A DNA stretch of 64,000 nucleotides from Cenococcum geophilum. Its lineage: Eukaryota. Below are positions 13,879 through 26,730 of this stretch, one piece after another (within the stretch, counting starts at the first letter, position 1; each line of letters opens with the position of its first letter). The stretch spans positions 8,432,001-8,496,000 of the forward strand of contig CP158636.1 in the NCBI GenBank assembly GCA_050273025.1, given 5' to 3'. The position numbers and the translations under genes were made by a program. A model generated the notes under the pieces. The model was not told where the DNA came from, did no database searches, and worked only from the letters and a program-made list of their open reading frames with translations.

Positions 13879-16800
13879 TGTTGGAAACATAGGGTGACTT
13901 ACTAATAACGACTACTCGAGTAGGGTTATAGTGATGTTGGTTGATTTTTATTAATAGGAATAAGGAAAGGGGTAAGGAACTTAAGGTTCCTTACCACGCT
14001 AGGGCCACGTTAATACGTGACGGTAATATACTTTATGTAACGGCAACTTGCCTTATTCCCGACACTAGCAACTCTTCTTTTTATAGTTGCTATATATATA
14101 TATACAAATAGACAGTATATAATAATACTAGATAATATATAATAAAACTAGACAATATATAATAAAACTAGACGATATACGATAATGCGGTAGTTGGTAG
14201 AATTTGGTAAATAACGTAAAGACGGGTGGGCTGCTAAGACGCTAGTAGTAAGCAAGCCAATGGCAATTTTCTATACTGGGTATAGAAAATCCTAATTAGT
14301 TAGCAGAAGTCTATACCACCACCTAAATTAATTAGGCATAGCGCTCTTAGCAAGGATCTGACCAATTAGACAACTTTAACCGGTAGTTAAAGTTCTATAA
14401 GATCTTAACTTCTTTAAATTTCCCTCTTAACCTAACCTTTAACTCGTACATATAGAGTATTTATATTAACAAACGTCTCTAATGCCTTATTTAGGTTTGC
14501 CTTCGTTATCGCATCTACTAGGTTATCTTGGCTATTAATCTATTAGATCTTAAAGAGTTTTTAACGCTTATAGGACTGTTAAAGTGCTATAATATTAATT
14601 ATAAGACGCTTCTCCTTTATAGTACTAAGCTTAACTAAATACTCGTAGAGGGAATATAAGTCGGTGTATATAATTATAGGGATAGCAGGAAGTTTAAGCC
14701 GGTCTATAATTATCTTAAGGGTAGTTTTAATTGCAATTGCTATATTAACTCCGCTAACTATTCTATATATCTCTAACGCTAGAACGCTTTAAGTAACGCG
14801 CTTACTTTTAGTTAAGCTCTAATAGATAAAGTTACCGTAGATTATAAAGTTATTCTCTTTAGTAGATTTATTTGCGATAATAATTTTATATCCTAGCTAG
14901 GAGCTAAAATCTTTATTATTTATAAACGATCTATTAACAAATACAAAGAGCTTAGCGGTAGGAAGGTTAATAGGTACGTAGAGTAGTCCCCTATTAAGAT
15001 GGTTTATTTACTAGAAAAGATACTTATTTAGGGTAAAAACGTTATCCTTAGTTAGTTCCTAGTATTAAGCAGTAATAAAGAGATTAAAGGAAGCCTTAGG
15101 TTAATAAATAGAAGCTATATAAGCTTTACAAGCGCGTTACTCCACATATTCTTACTTTAGAGAATTAACGTTAATAATATTAATCTTCTTACCTTAACCC
15201 TTCTAGCGTAGAGTAATAGAGCCCTTGTTTAGGGAGAGGATACATCTATTAAAGAGTAATGGTATTGCTAAGTTAAGTCTTTCCTTTAGCTTTACTATAA
15301 GGTTTACCTTTACTAGCTTATCTTCTTTAAGAGCTAAGAATTAGTTGTCTCCTAAAATAATTATATTGTTTATTTATATGCTAATAATTCTAAATAGAGT
15401 TCCTATAGTTATAATAAGGAAGCAGGGATTAAATATAGAAGTAGTTATTAAAAGCTTCTCCTTATAGTGCTTGCTATAGGTAGCCTACTAATAAGTTCCT
15501 ACCTCTATAATTTTATATAATGGCTTAAGTACGACCATAATTATATCCTTGGGATATTAGTGGCAAATTTACTCTAAAAGGTATGCTAGTATTAAGCGCT
15601 AAAGGCGCGTCTCTAATTGGGTGTAGGCCTAAGTAATATTTTATAGGTAAACCGCTATCCTATTCTTTATTAAGGAGGGAGCTAGTATAATAATGACTTA
15701 TTAACTAGCTTGTTAAATTATAAGGGATTGTATAAGGATTACTTTCTTACTATTATTGTTATAACCTTAAATAACTAGCCTTAACTTCTTAAATAGGGTA
15801 TTAGTAGCTTTGCCTTTAATCTTATTAACTATTCTTAACTTAAATATACGGACTCTATCAAACTTAGTAGGGTTATATTTCTTAAATTTAAAGACTCCTC
15901 TTATAATAAGACCGTTAATCTCCTACTTATTAGATACTTAGAAAGGAGCTCCTAAAGTTATAATGCGGCCTTCCTTTTAGAGCTATTTTGCGAGTTTAAA
16001 GTTAGCCTTTTCTTTAGCTGTTATAAAGGCCATTAATAGTTTATCTCTATTTTTAATAGCGGTAATAAATTGCTCTTTAAAATCGATAAGATATTAGTAA
16101 TTTTATAATCCCTTTAGGCGACCTCTACCGCGTTATAGTTATAGTACGTCTACTATAATTATATTAGAATTGCCTTTGCCTTTTAGAGCATATTAATTAT
16201 AGTTCTCCTTTAGGGTATCCTCTAGGGCATCCTATAAAGGCTTAGAGCTATTATCCCTATAGTAGGGCTTAATAATAGTTAAGCGGAATTAAGTAGGTTT
16301 ATGGGGTATTTAAAGAGTATAAGTTTAACTATTAATTATAATAAGTTTATATAGGCCTAACTATCCTCCCTTTTTACGCTATACGCGTACCTCCGATTGG
16401 AGTGGCAGATTAAGTATAGTTAAGGTATTTAGGCTATTTTTTATTCCTAGTATATTATTAACCTAGCGCGTAGCGTAGAGACGTTATACCTCCTTTATTG
16501 CCTTACAAATAGCCTTAGCTTATTACGCAATAGAGAAAGATAGTAGAGAATTGTTAGTTATTTAAGGGTAGGCGCTAAAGACTAGTAACGTAGGTACGAG
16601 CCTATTTAGGCTAGTGGTATTATTAACAGCCTTAACAGCCATCTATAGGATAAGCTCTTTACTAGTACCCTCTAGTTCCGAAAAAATAATTTTATATACG
16701 CGGTATAATAGCGTATAATATTGTTTTACTTTTTTAATACTATTATATGCCTTAACGGGGACTTCCTTAACCTTAATTATTATTGCCTTTACCTATTGTC

Positions 16801-19800
16801 GAAACTCTATAGATAAGAAGTTCTTTCCTACGTTATAAATAATTTAATTAGGGGATTCTAGGTAGACATTAATCTAGTATAATTAAAGAGTATCCTATGC
16901 GTTCCTAGCTAATATATCTTTTAAAAAGCGTGCGGCTTAGAAGGAGGTTGAGAAGTTAATAACTTAGAGTATTGGCTTACCGCTAAGATATATAACATCT
17001 ATAATAATATAAAAGTTAAAGTTATAGTTATCTTTAAGAGTAAACTTAAATCGGCCAGGGGACTTCTGGTTCATTTAGTAGTAGTAGTAGTACTTTATAA
17101 GATGTTTAATTACCTTAACCTTAACTTTATAACCTACTCGCTAAAGGACCCTAAGTAATTAGTAAATAGATAGGTGGCTAAAATAACGGTGTAGTTAACG
17201 TAACTTTAACTTAGTTAGGTAGCTCTAAGCAACGCTTCTTTCTAGCTATTAAAGGAGCAACTAAGGGTAATTCCACTTGCGTATAACGGGTACCCAATTA
17301 TCTCCCTAGATAAGTATATTCTTAAGGTTATTAAGCTTAATACCTAATTTATTTATATCTTGGATATAGAATAGGAACGGGGTGTTTATAGGGATAATGT
17401 AGAAAGTAATATATCCTAACGGGGTTTAGACCTTAATTGTGCTAAGAGAGATTATAGTACCCTTACTAAAGCGAATTATATATTAGCCTACTGTTAATTA
17501 GTTAATTTAAACAAAGCTATTAAGCTACTAAAGAGCTTAAACTTAAGGCTCTCCTACTATAGATACTCCTGCGGCTCTAGTATCTAGCATAATGCTATAG
17601 AAGACGTTCGCCGAGTATCTGTTGTTAAAGGAGAACACGGAACTTTCCTTTAGCTTATTAAAGATATCTAACTTTATAATAGAATGGAGCGTAGATTAGT
17701 TATTAAGGATAGCGATGGTTTATATACTATTTACCTTACTATACTTAGTGAAGTATTAGTTAGGAGAGTAGTCCTTAATTTTCATATCTATAAGGAGCTG
17801 TTTGGCCTCGTTAACCTTACCCTTAAGATCTTCTTCGCCTTTATATTAAACTAGGAAGTTTTAAAAGTAGGCCGTAGTAACCTCTTAGTTTCTAACGTTT
17901 TATACGCTTTAGTGAAACCTATTATATGCCTCCTTTTATCTATTAAGAGGGTGTCTAGTTAACTAGTAATTTAGCTTCTTATAAATATAGCACTTTTTCT
18001 AATAATTGCTCCGAAGTGAACCTCTATAAGGACCTCTATAATTACCTTATAGTTAACGTTAATTATACCCTTTACCGTATCCCCTACTACGTCTACTATA
18101 TATTTAATTAGTCTAGTTATAATTATATTGGTTAGCCGGGTTAATTAAGGTAGATTAAAGTTAGGTATTAAATTGCTATACTTCTTAAAAGCGTAGAGCG
18201 GTACTAATAGAGGATCTTAATTAAGCATATACTCCTTTATAAGTACTTATAGGGTTAAAAAGAGCGAGATTGCATTCTTTAATACCTTAGTATACGCTAA
18301 TAACTTAATCGCATAGGCTAAGGTTCTCTTAATATAATTTAGATAAACCACACTAAATTATCTAAAGTTAATTAAAGAGCTTTTAAAGATAATTAAGCTA
18401 AGAGACACCTAGGTTTATAGCAATAATTCTTAGAAAGGTAGTCTCTCTCTACTCTAATATATATTGCTGCTTATTCTCTTCTATTTTAAAGTGGCATCTT
18501 ATCTTATATATTATTTAATTAAAATTATATCCTTTTCCTGCTAAACGATTATAATAGAAGGTACTGGCGCGGCCCTTAAGTATAATAGAATAGGCATTAT
18601 AATATTAGTTAGGTTCTAGTCCAACCTTTTAGTAATAATTATAGAAGATACGCAGCTTTAAATTGAGGATGTTATACAGTTTCTTACTAAACTTCTTCTC
18701 CTAGTTTATATAGAGCTTTATAAGCTTTATAAGCATTTTTAAGGTACCTCCGAGTAGTATTAAACTACGTTAAAATTACATTAGAGATTAAGGTGGGGAT
18801 TACTTTATAGGCTACAGTAGAGATATAGGGCTTAGTGGAATACGGCATAGTACCTAATCTTTCTATAGTAGAGTTTAAAGGTTGTTAAATCGCGAAGTAA
18901 GGGGATCTTGCGCTTGCTCTTAAGGGGTAATAGTTAACGTTACTGGTTAAATTGGTGGATCTTAGGGAGCTAGAGATAAAGGTAGAAGTAATAGATGCGG
19001 AATATAAGAACTTATGCCTAGAGCAATGGAATTAGAGCGCGTCTCTATTGGCGTATTATTTAGATTCTATTATAAGTTAAGCTTCCTTTTAGTGCGTAGT
19101 TAGTGCTTAACCTCTTATAGAGTCTATTTGTGCTCTTCTTTTGCGTTAATAACTTGCTTCTAGATATTGTCTTTAATAGCACCCCTATCCATAGGGATAA
19201 ATACTCTATTCTCCTAAAGGAAGTTATAAAAGTTTTATACGACGTCCTTCTTCGCAAGAGCCTATATTTCCTTTATCTATTTAATAAAGTCCTCCTTTAT
19301 ATAACACTATAGCTCAGTATTATTATATTCGCTGTCTATATAGTATACTATACGGTATACTAAGAATCCGTTTAGGTCCTATTCCTCGGCGTTTATAGGG
19401 TTGATATCTATATCCTACGTCTCTAGGTTAATGCTTTTTTTATACTTCTTTAGGTAGGTTAATGCTATAGTAGGTATAAAATTAACGGGGTGTCGTATAT
19501 TAAAGGTAGGTAGGGTTTTTGGCTTTATAGAATCTCGTAGGTTTACTATTAAAAGGTAGGTAATTAAGATGTTATTAATACGTTTTGGACGTTAACTTTA
19601 GGACCGTAGGTTTAGTAATACTTCTAACCTAAAGTACTTAACTAAATCTTTATATGCGTAGTTGTTTAACGCGTTTCAAACGTTAATTTTAGGACTATAG
19701 GTTTAGTAATACTTCTAACCTAAAGTACTCAACCAAATCTTTATAAACGTAGTTGTTCTGCATAATAGACGCAACTTGGTATCTCCTAGTACTTAGTAAT

Positions 19801-20139
19801 ACTTCTATTACTAGTTTTCCGTAAGTCTAAGGTAGCACAGTATCGCCGGGATTTATTCTATATAAGCGCATATAGCACCCCTATATAAGACTATCTCTTC
19901 TATTCGAAAACCTAGCTACTCTATAGTTGACTATGTATTTAACCACTAATTAGTGTTGGAAATATAGGGTAACTTACTAATAACGACTACTTAAGTAGGG
20001 TTATAGTAATGTTAGTTAATTCTTATTGATAGGAATAAGGAAAGGGGTAAGGAACTTAAGGTTCCTTACCACGCTAGGGCTATGTCGACACGTGACGGCA
20101 ATATGCTTTATGCGACGGCAACTTGCCTCATTCCCGACA
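13879..20139 (-). mobile_element. Full-length RIP-inactivated Ty1/Copia retrotransposon
   Basis: 186-bp LTRs 13879-14064 and 19954-20139 (TGTTGG...CCGACA); TSD GTTAC. Minus-strand de-RIPped motifs: RNase H WI..QDNPADAMTK (~14500-14550), RT DITQAYTQ (~15620-15640) and GMQTDD (~15365-15385), integrase GPP..I..D.GKNF (~16820-16860). Confidence 0.93.
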
Positions 20140-23079
20140 GTTACATACAGCACTAAAGCGGTTAGTAAAAGTTATAGATCCCCTACTACTTATAGATAAA
20201 ATAGACCCAATATTTAATAACTAGAAGCTTTAATTATAGGATAAGCTTAAAGTTAATGCTAACTACTTTCCTACCCCCTAAGCTAAGATGGCCTATATCT
20301 TTAGCCGTACTAGCGAAGACGCCTAAACGCATTTACGCCTATAATATACTAAAGACTTAGCAGACCCCTTTATCTCTAAAAAAGAAATAATTAAATACTT
20401 ATCTTTTATTTATAAGGACTCTTTTAAAGTATAAAACGCCCGCCTTAGCTATAAAAGCCTAAATATAAAAACAACGGAGACCTTTTTAGCCTTTTAGACC
20501 CGCTTTTTATACCTAGCTAGATAGGTTTAAATTCCCTAAGAAGACCTACTACTAGACCTCTTTAATAAGCTTACCCTAGACCTATAGTAGGCCGTATTAC
20601 TAGCTTATACTATACTATAGACATTAAAGGAACTTATAAACTATTACCTAGCTATTAACTAAGGCCTTTATTAAATTAAGTTATACGCTAATTAGCTAAA
20701 AACTAGAAACCTTATAAACTAGGCTATAAGTACTATAAGAACGGCCTATAGTGCCCTAGTATAATTAGTAACCCCTATAGCACCGGCCGCTTAGCCTATA
20801 GTTAACCTAATAGCTAGCTACGCAGCTACTCCTACTATAGGTCTAGTATACACCTAGCCTATATATAGCGACCCCTATATATAGGCCCTTAGTAATTAAA
20901 GAGCTTATTTTTTATATAGTTAACCTGGCTACCCTATAAGGAACTACCTAATAAAGGTAAAGATAAACGAGGTTTTATTAATTTAGGAGAATAGTATAAA
21001 GTTAGAAAAAGAGGAACTATAGGGGAAGACTTCTCCCTAGGGTTAAAAGGAATTAATATATTATATATTAATCTGGGTCAGCTAGTTAGTGGAAAAAGCT
21101 ATACTATTCCTTATACTTTATTTTATAATAGATATTAAGTTTTAACCTCTACTTTAGCTAACTTAGAAGTAAATACCTTTACCCTAATTAATATAAAGTG
21201 CGCTGTAAAACTGGCTAACTTTTTAAATACGCCTTTAAAAGAACTGCCTAAGCTAATTCCTATTTATGGGTATAACGGATAGGTAGGACTACCTATCCGT
21301 TAAGCTTTTAGGGAGTAAGCTTATAGTTAATAAAGACACGCTTAAGCCTAGAATAAACAAAAATATTAGCTAGCTAGTATAGTCTAGAACTACTAAGACC
21401 TTACTATAGTAACTATTAATTACCTACCCGTTAGGTATCTAAAAGGTAACCTACCTAATAGCATATTATATTATGCTCTTTTAAAACTTAACGCGTATAT
21501 ATAAACTCTTTTCTATAGTATATAGCGACCTTCTTCTTATTACCCCTATTCCTTCCCCTATTCTTAGTATACTAACCTTACTTTTATATTAGGCGTCACT
21601 AGCTAACTTACCAGGAATTATAGGCGGTATAAATAGCTATAGTATAGTCTTAAATTCGGCTAAATTATTTAGTATTAGCGCTAAAATAAAACAAAGCCCG
21701 GGCGATATAGTAATTAAGGATATTAAAGGATTATCGCTACTTAGGCCCAGGCTATTAAAGCTTAAAGTTAGTAATAGAAATCTATTAAGGATAGAAAAGC
21801 CTACCTTAATATAACTACCGCTTTTAGTACGCATATATTAATTATAAGGACTAAAGGTATTATATCTTATATAGTGCGTTTTATTATACGCCTCTAAAAT
21901 CCTATTATTAGATTTTTGGTCTTTTAAAGATATATAAGTAAAATTATTTAGGTAGGACCAGTACTAACTACGGGTTAGTAAAAGTTGGGGTTTTATATAT
22001 AAAGGTAGGGCTAAAATATGCTATAGAATTTACTTAGAAGAGTAGTAAGTAGGGGATTAAAGAGGTATATTAAATTAATAATAGAAAATGAGAAAATCTT
22101 AATAATATATTAAAGATACGTCTAAATTAGACAAAGGTTAGTAATAAAAAGTAAAGTGTTAAGGAAAAGAATTAAGCTTAATAAGTAAAGTATCTTTATA
22201 CTTTACCTTCTAATACCCCTTTAGTAAATAGCCGCAACCTTACTAATATAACTCTATTATAATAGCGCTATTTAGCTATTACTTCCTTATAAAAACTAAG
22301 TATATAGCCGGGGGAAGGTAATTAAAACGTTAATTAAAGATATATATAGGTTAAATTATACCTAAATAATACTATAGTATTAAAAATTAACGTTATAGAC
22401 GTGCTTAATAATTGTATAATAGTTATAGTTGCTATTACGAAATATCCCTATTTACTAGGTAGTAAAGCTACGCTAAATATATAGTATAAGACCACTAGAT
22501 TTAAAAGTATATATACTAAATCTTAGGAGATAAGTTTCTTTAATTAACTAATTAGTACCTTAACTATATTTAATAGCCTAAGGGTAAATATAAAAATTAT
22601 ATATTAGTAACGTAGAGGATTATAAAAAATAATTATAGATTATAAATTATATTTTAGTAGTTAAAGATAATGGCAAGTTAAGGCTCTGTATATTAAATCC
22701 TATACTAAAAGGTTCTACGGAACTATACTAGAATACTAAATTATTTATAATATTTATAATTAATTATAGACTAGTATAAAGGCTTAAAAGTAAAGTTATA
22801 TAAAAAATCTCTATATTAGCCTAGGCAGTTACTAATACGCTTTTAATAGGCTTCTAATAGGTCTTTTAGTAATCCTTATATCTTTTCTCCAGTTATATTT
22901 TTTCCTTATTAAGGTTTTTTAGGAGTTTAAAGTAGGGGTTAGATAGATAGATAATATATAGTAGTATACTAATATCTCTCTAGTATCTTTTCAACCCCCT
23001 TCTAGGATAGGCCCTTATAATCTCCCTTTACCATAAGGTAATAGCAATTAGGGGCCGACTATAAGAAGGCGGAGGGCAA

Positions 23080-23444
23080 TATAAGGGATATTATTGCGGA
23101 TACTTTAGGTTGCCCTTAGGACAACCCCTAGGCTGTCACAGCGACTCAGTCAATCGAGGCACGAGCGCCGTAAAGAACGTATGCAAGCCTGTACAATTGG
23201 TAGTCTATGGACCCGGATATCAAGATGAGGAGCAGAAGGTGGAAAAGGACACGTCTATATACATATGCCAAGGCTCAAGCGAGCCCCCTGACTAGATCCG
23301 TTACGGTACCGTAACATAGGCGTCCCTTAGATGGTCGCCGGTTACGTACTAGAGGCCTTACCTCCTTAAGGATTTATCTCTTTTACTAACCTATTCTATT
23401 CCAATCGTGTCCTTATAGCCCCCTCTCTATAAAGCCCCCTTATA
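23080..23444 (+). repeat. Gypsy family A LTR interrupted by a solo LTR
   Basis: Matches 4409-4623 once 23134-23321 is removed. Confidence 0.85.
23134..23316. mobile_element. Solo LTR (183 bp), little RIP
   Basis: TGTCAC...GTAACA termini; 5-bp TSD TAGGC (23129-23133 / 23317-23321). Confidence 0.88.
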
Positions 23445-23977
23445 GGCAGCTGTTTCTCGTCCTTAGAGAATAATTATTAATATTTTAGTATTTGCGTACG
23501 GGCTATATTTTAAAGTGGCCCCTACTAGCTTATAGGATAGGACGCGTTAGTAGATTACTAGCATCTTATATTTAATTATAATAATATACTCTATATTACT
23601 ATCTACACCCCTTAATTAAAGCTTTTTTAGTATAATATTATAATATACTAACTATTTATAATATTATTAAGTTTTCCCTACTAAAATCGTTATAACTGGT
23701 AGAGATTTTATATAGGAGGGGCCCTACTTAACCCGCAAGGCAAATACCCTATACCCTTTTAGAATACCTAGCTACGTATTAGCCTTCTTTTTATACTTAT
23801 TAACCTAATACATAACTCTATATACAATATTACTTTTACTATTATAATACGGTCGCCTATATAACTCGTATCGTTATAAAGAGTTTTAACTATAACTCTT
23901 TTCTTATTCTTTTTATTTTTACCGTAATTAGTAAGGCTCCTTAAGCCAATCACTTTTAATAGGGTTTAGAGATCCTA

Positions 23978-24127
23978 TCCCTTCCAACGTCAAAATGCGC
24001 CCTACGATTATCGATAAGAGCTAGCTAATAGAATCAATGGGATCAAGGTTCCGTGGCTATACGCGTATTTTTGATTATAGTGTTCGCGCACAGGCTACCC
24101 CTCGTAGGACGCTGACGTTGGAAGGGA
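23978..24127. mobile_element. MITE (150 bp), Tc1/mariner-type
   Basis: 15-bp perfect TIR TCCCTTCCAACGTCA, extendable imperfectly through CCTACGA; TA on both sides. Confidence 0.85.
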
Positions 24128-24376
24128 TACTTAAGGCCCTCGGGCCTTAAGGAACCTTTTTAGCTACTAGATATAGTATTATTAAGCGTTAGTTAATTAA
24201 TCTATCTAGGGGCTCGGCTTGTTTATAAATTTTGTTGTGCCAAGAATACACTAATATAATTGGAAATCACGTGAAAAGAACCACACATTACATGGTTCCA
24301 CTGTCCAACATGGCCCGTGCTGCCTCTCGTAGCTCCTTTAAGTAGCCGTGACACTTCCAATATAAGGTCCGTAACA

Positions 24377-25862
24377 CAGTGTGGCCAAAAATTATGCGTT
24401 TTAAAACGATTACGATATCGTAAAATCCGATAAAATATCCGAATAAAATCCGATATCGATTTTTTTTTTGGCATATAGGTATTTAACTATTCCTAGCCCC
24501 TTTTAGAAAGAACTTCTAAGAATATTACTCCTAATCCAATCCTCTACACGAAGCTCTGCGCGAAGCTCTGTACGAAGCTCTCGCGAAGCTCTGCGCGAAG
24601 CTCTGCACGAGGCTCTACGCGAAGTTCTGCACGAAGCTTTACACGAAGCTCTGCGCGAAACTTTGCATAAAGCTCTACGGAAGCTCTATATAGGGCTCTA
24701 CACAAAGCCCTGCGCGAAACTCTGCACGAAGCTCTACGCGAAGCTCTGCACGAAGCTTTACACGAGGCTCTGCGCGAAACTCTGCACGAAGCTCTACGGA
24801 AGCTCTACGCGAAGCTCTGCACAAAGCTCTACACAAAGCTCTGCGCGAAGCTCTGCACGAAGCTCTGCACGAAGCTCTGCGCAAAGCTCTGCACGAAGCT
24901 CTACGGAAGCTCTGCACGAAGCTTTACACGAAGCTCTGCGCGAAACTCTGCACGAAGCTCTACACGAAGCTCTGCACATAGCTCTACACAAAGCTCTACA
25001 CAAAGCTCTGTGCGAAACTCTGCTCTGCACGAAGCTCTGCACGAAGCTCTGCGCGAAGCTCTGCACGAAGCTTCGCACAAGGCTCTGCACGAAGCTCCGC
25101 ACAAAGCTCTGCGTACGGAGGCTCTGCACGAAGCTCTGCACGAAGCTCTGCGCGAAGCTCTGCACGAAGCTCTGCACGAAGCTCTGCGCGAAGCTCTGCA
25201 CGAAGCTCTGCACGAAGCTCTGCACGAAGCTCTGCACGAAGCTCTGCACGAAGCTCTGCACGAAGCTCTGCACGAAGCTCTGCACGAAGCTCTGCGCGAA
25301 GCTCTGCACGAAGCTCTGCACGAAGCTCTGCACGAAGCTCTGCGCGAAGCTCTGCACGAAGCTCCGCACAAAGCTCTGCTTGCGGAGGCTCTGCGCGAAG
25401 CTTTGCACGAGGCTCTACACGAGGCTCTGCACGAAGCTCTACACGAAGCTCTGCACAAAGCTCTACGCAAAGCTCTGCGCGAAACTTTATAGGAGAGTCT
25501 CGCAAGGTTAATTAATTTTTAGTGTTCTATAGATATACGCACGTATAATGCACGTATATTTTATAACTAATAAGAACGTAAGGTTGCGCGCACGATAGAC
25601 TAACTGAGCTAATAGCAGCTATATAATATCTACTTCCTGCTTTAATATCCTACTAGGGGGTAGAGGGTTAGAAGAGAAGACTTAAGATTAGTCTCTAAAG
25701 CTATAGTTACTAGAAGAATCTATTATATAGTAGAGATTTTAAGTTAAAGTGTGCAATCTAATATATATTACGATAAGCGAATTAAAATAAATCGATATCG
25801 GATAATCCGGTATCGGATATCGATTTCTTTCAATTCGCTTATCGTAATTTTTGGCCACACTG
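24377..25862. mobile_element. Non-autonomous hAT-type DNA transposon (1486 bp) carrying a minisatellite
   Basis: 18-bp TIR CAGTGTGGCCAAAAATTA; 8-bp TSD CCGTAACA (24369-24376 / 25863-25870); subterminal CGATA/ATATCG/TCCGA repeats at both ends; no transposase ORF. Confidence 0.88.
24542..25490. repeat. 12-bp minisatellite (GAAGCTCTGCAC)n, about 79 units
   Basis: Directly visible; 8 perfect units at 25190-25285. Explains the HEAL/CTKL/RASC/VQSF/RAEL ORFs in the track. Confidence 0.97.
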
Positions 25863-26010
25863 CCGTAACATATCGCCTTGTGCGCTAACTCGTTTGCTTC
25901 CGATTCTCTAACCTATATTACCCTATAGGTTATCTCCTTCGGTAGGCTCGTTTAATTCCTCAAGGACTAATAACCAACTTTAACTTTTTATAGGTGTAAT
26001 ATTAGGCTCA

Positions 26011-26235
26011 TGTAACGGATACGTAATTAGCTTGTGATTGGATGGACGTCTGGTAGCGAGATAACAAGCCCTTCAGGCGTGGCACCTCCGAGGATGTTGT
26101 GGAGGTCAATTCTGTACATCCCATCTAGGCGCCTTAGCTCACGGTTTGTTGGCATCACGGTGAGCTTCAGTTTTGAAGAAGGAATGCACAATAACCCTGG
26201 TGGTCTCTGGACTATACAACACTTATAACTTTACA
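26011..26235. mobile_element. Probable solo LTR at the edge of the gene island
   Basis: TGTAA...TTACA termini; flanks GCTCA / GCCCA (5-bp TSD with one C/T difference). Confidence 0.55.
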
Positions 26236-26730
26236 GCCCATTTTCTGTAGCTCATTGGGCCACGACCCAGCAAAAGCATGTCCAATAGCCGTATTTCCTC
26301 TTATCGCCTTTCCTCACTCTATTTGTCCTGCGAACTGGGCCCCGTTGCATGGACCGTATCCATCATCTCACTGCGCATCATTTACTCGGCAACACCATTA
26401 ACAGGACGGTTTACTGCTCCTCGCCTTAAACTTGCACGGTGGGGAAACCTTGACTGTACACCACTTACCCAATTATATCTAAACACCTCGCAGTGACCAC
26501 ATGATGGTGCTGTTCAAATGTAAATGGTGGTTTACGATGAACGTCATTGCCCAGCACATTTCAGGGCCACGAAGCAGTCTCGACTGACGATCAAGGCAAA
26601 ATAATGAAAACGGCACATTTTCCATGAGGTTCTCGTAACGTTGATACTGCTAGCGCATCTGTTTATACCCCGATCTCTTGCCTCGGCATCCTAGTCTACC
26701 CGACACCCAATCCAAGCAACGCTAACCACC

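Larger units (their letters stand above)
5939..20145 (+). mobile_element. Full-length RIP-inactivated Ty3/Gypsy chromovirus (family B) with both LTRs
   Basis: 5' LTR 5939-6364; 3' LTR 13454-13878 plus 20140-20145; TSD TACAG (5934-5938 / 20146-20150). De-RIPped motifs: zinc knuckle C.NCGKQGHF.KDC (~7420-7460), protease ALVDSG (~9525), RT YLDDII (~10492-10510), RNase H ETDASDYA (~10932), integrase (~11550-12150), chromodomain YKVKW.GY...TWE..ENL (~12630-12690). PPT before 13454. Confidence 0.93.
5347..23444 (+). mobile_element. Internally deleted Gypsy derivative (gag-protease joined to family-A 3' region and LTR), split by the 5939-20145 insertion
   Basis: Gag reads across the insertion (..DPTFDNWKLQLQDKLEVNADHF.. 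de-RIPped, ~20200-20270). Zinc knuckle at ~20905-20950, protease-like DSGAN at ~21155-21180. 21310-23444 is colinear with 2600-4623. 5' boundary uncertain. Confidence 0.6.

Noticed and set aside
887..23953. Short ORFs in the AT-rich left block
   Set aside because: Chance open frames in RIP-mutated transposon DNA.
24542..25490. CRISPR-like or telomeric array
   Set aside because: Head-to-tail units with no unique spacers, no cas genes, eukaryotic context, not TTAGGG-like, and enclosed by TIRs.
24663..25511. HEAL/CTKL/RASC/VQSF/RAEL repeat ORFs as real proteins
   Set aside because: All six frames are open only because the 12-bp unit lacks stops; 1-, 2- and 5-nt indels in the array switch frames, arguing against coding constraint.
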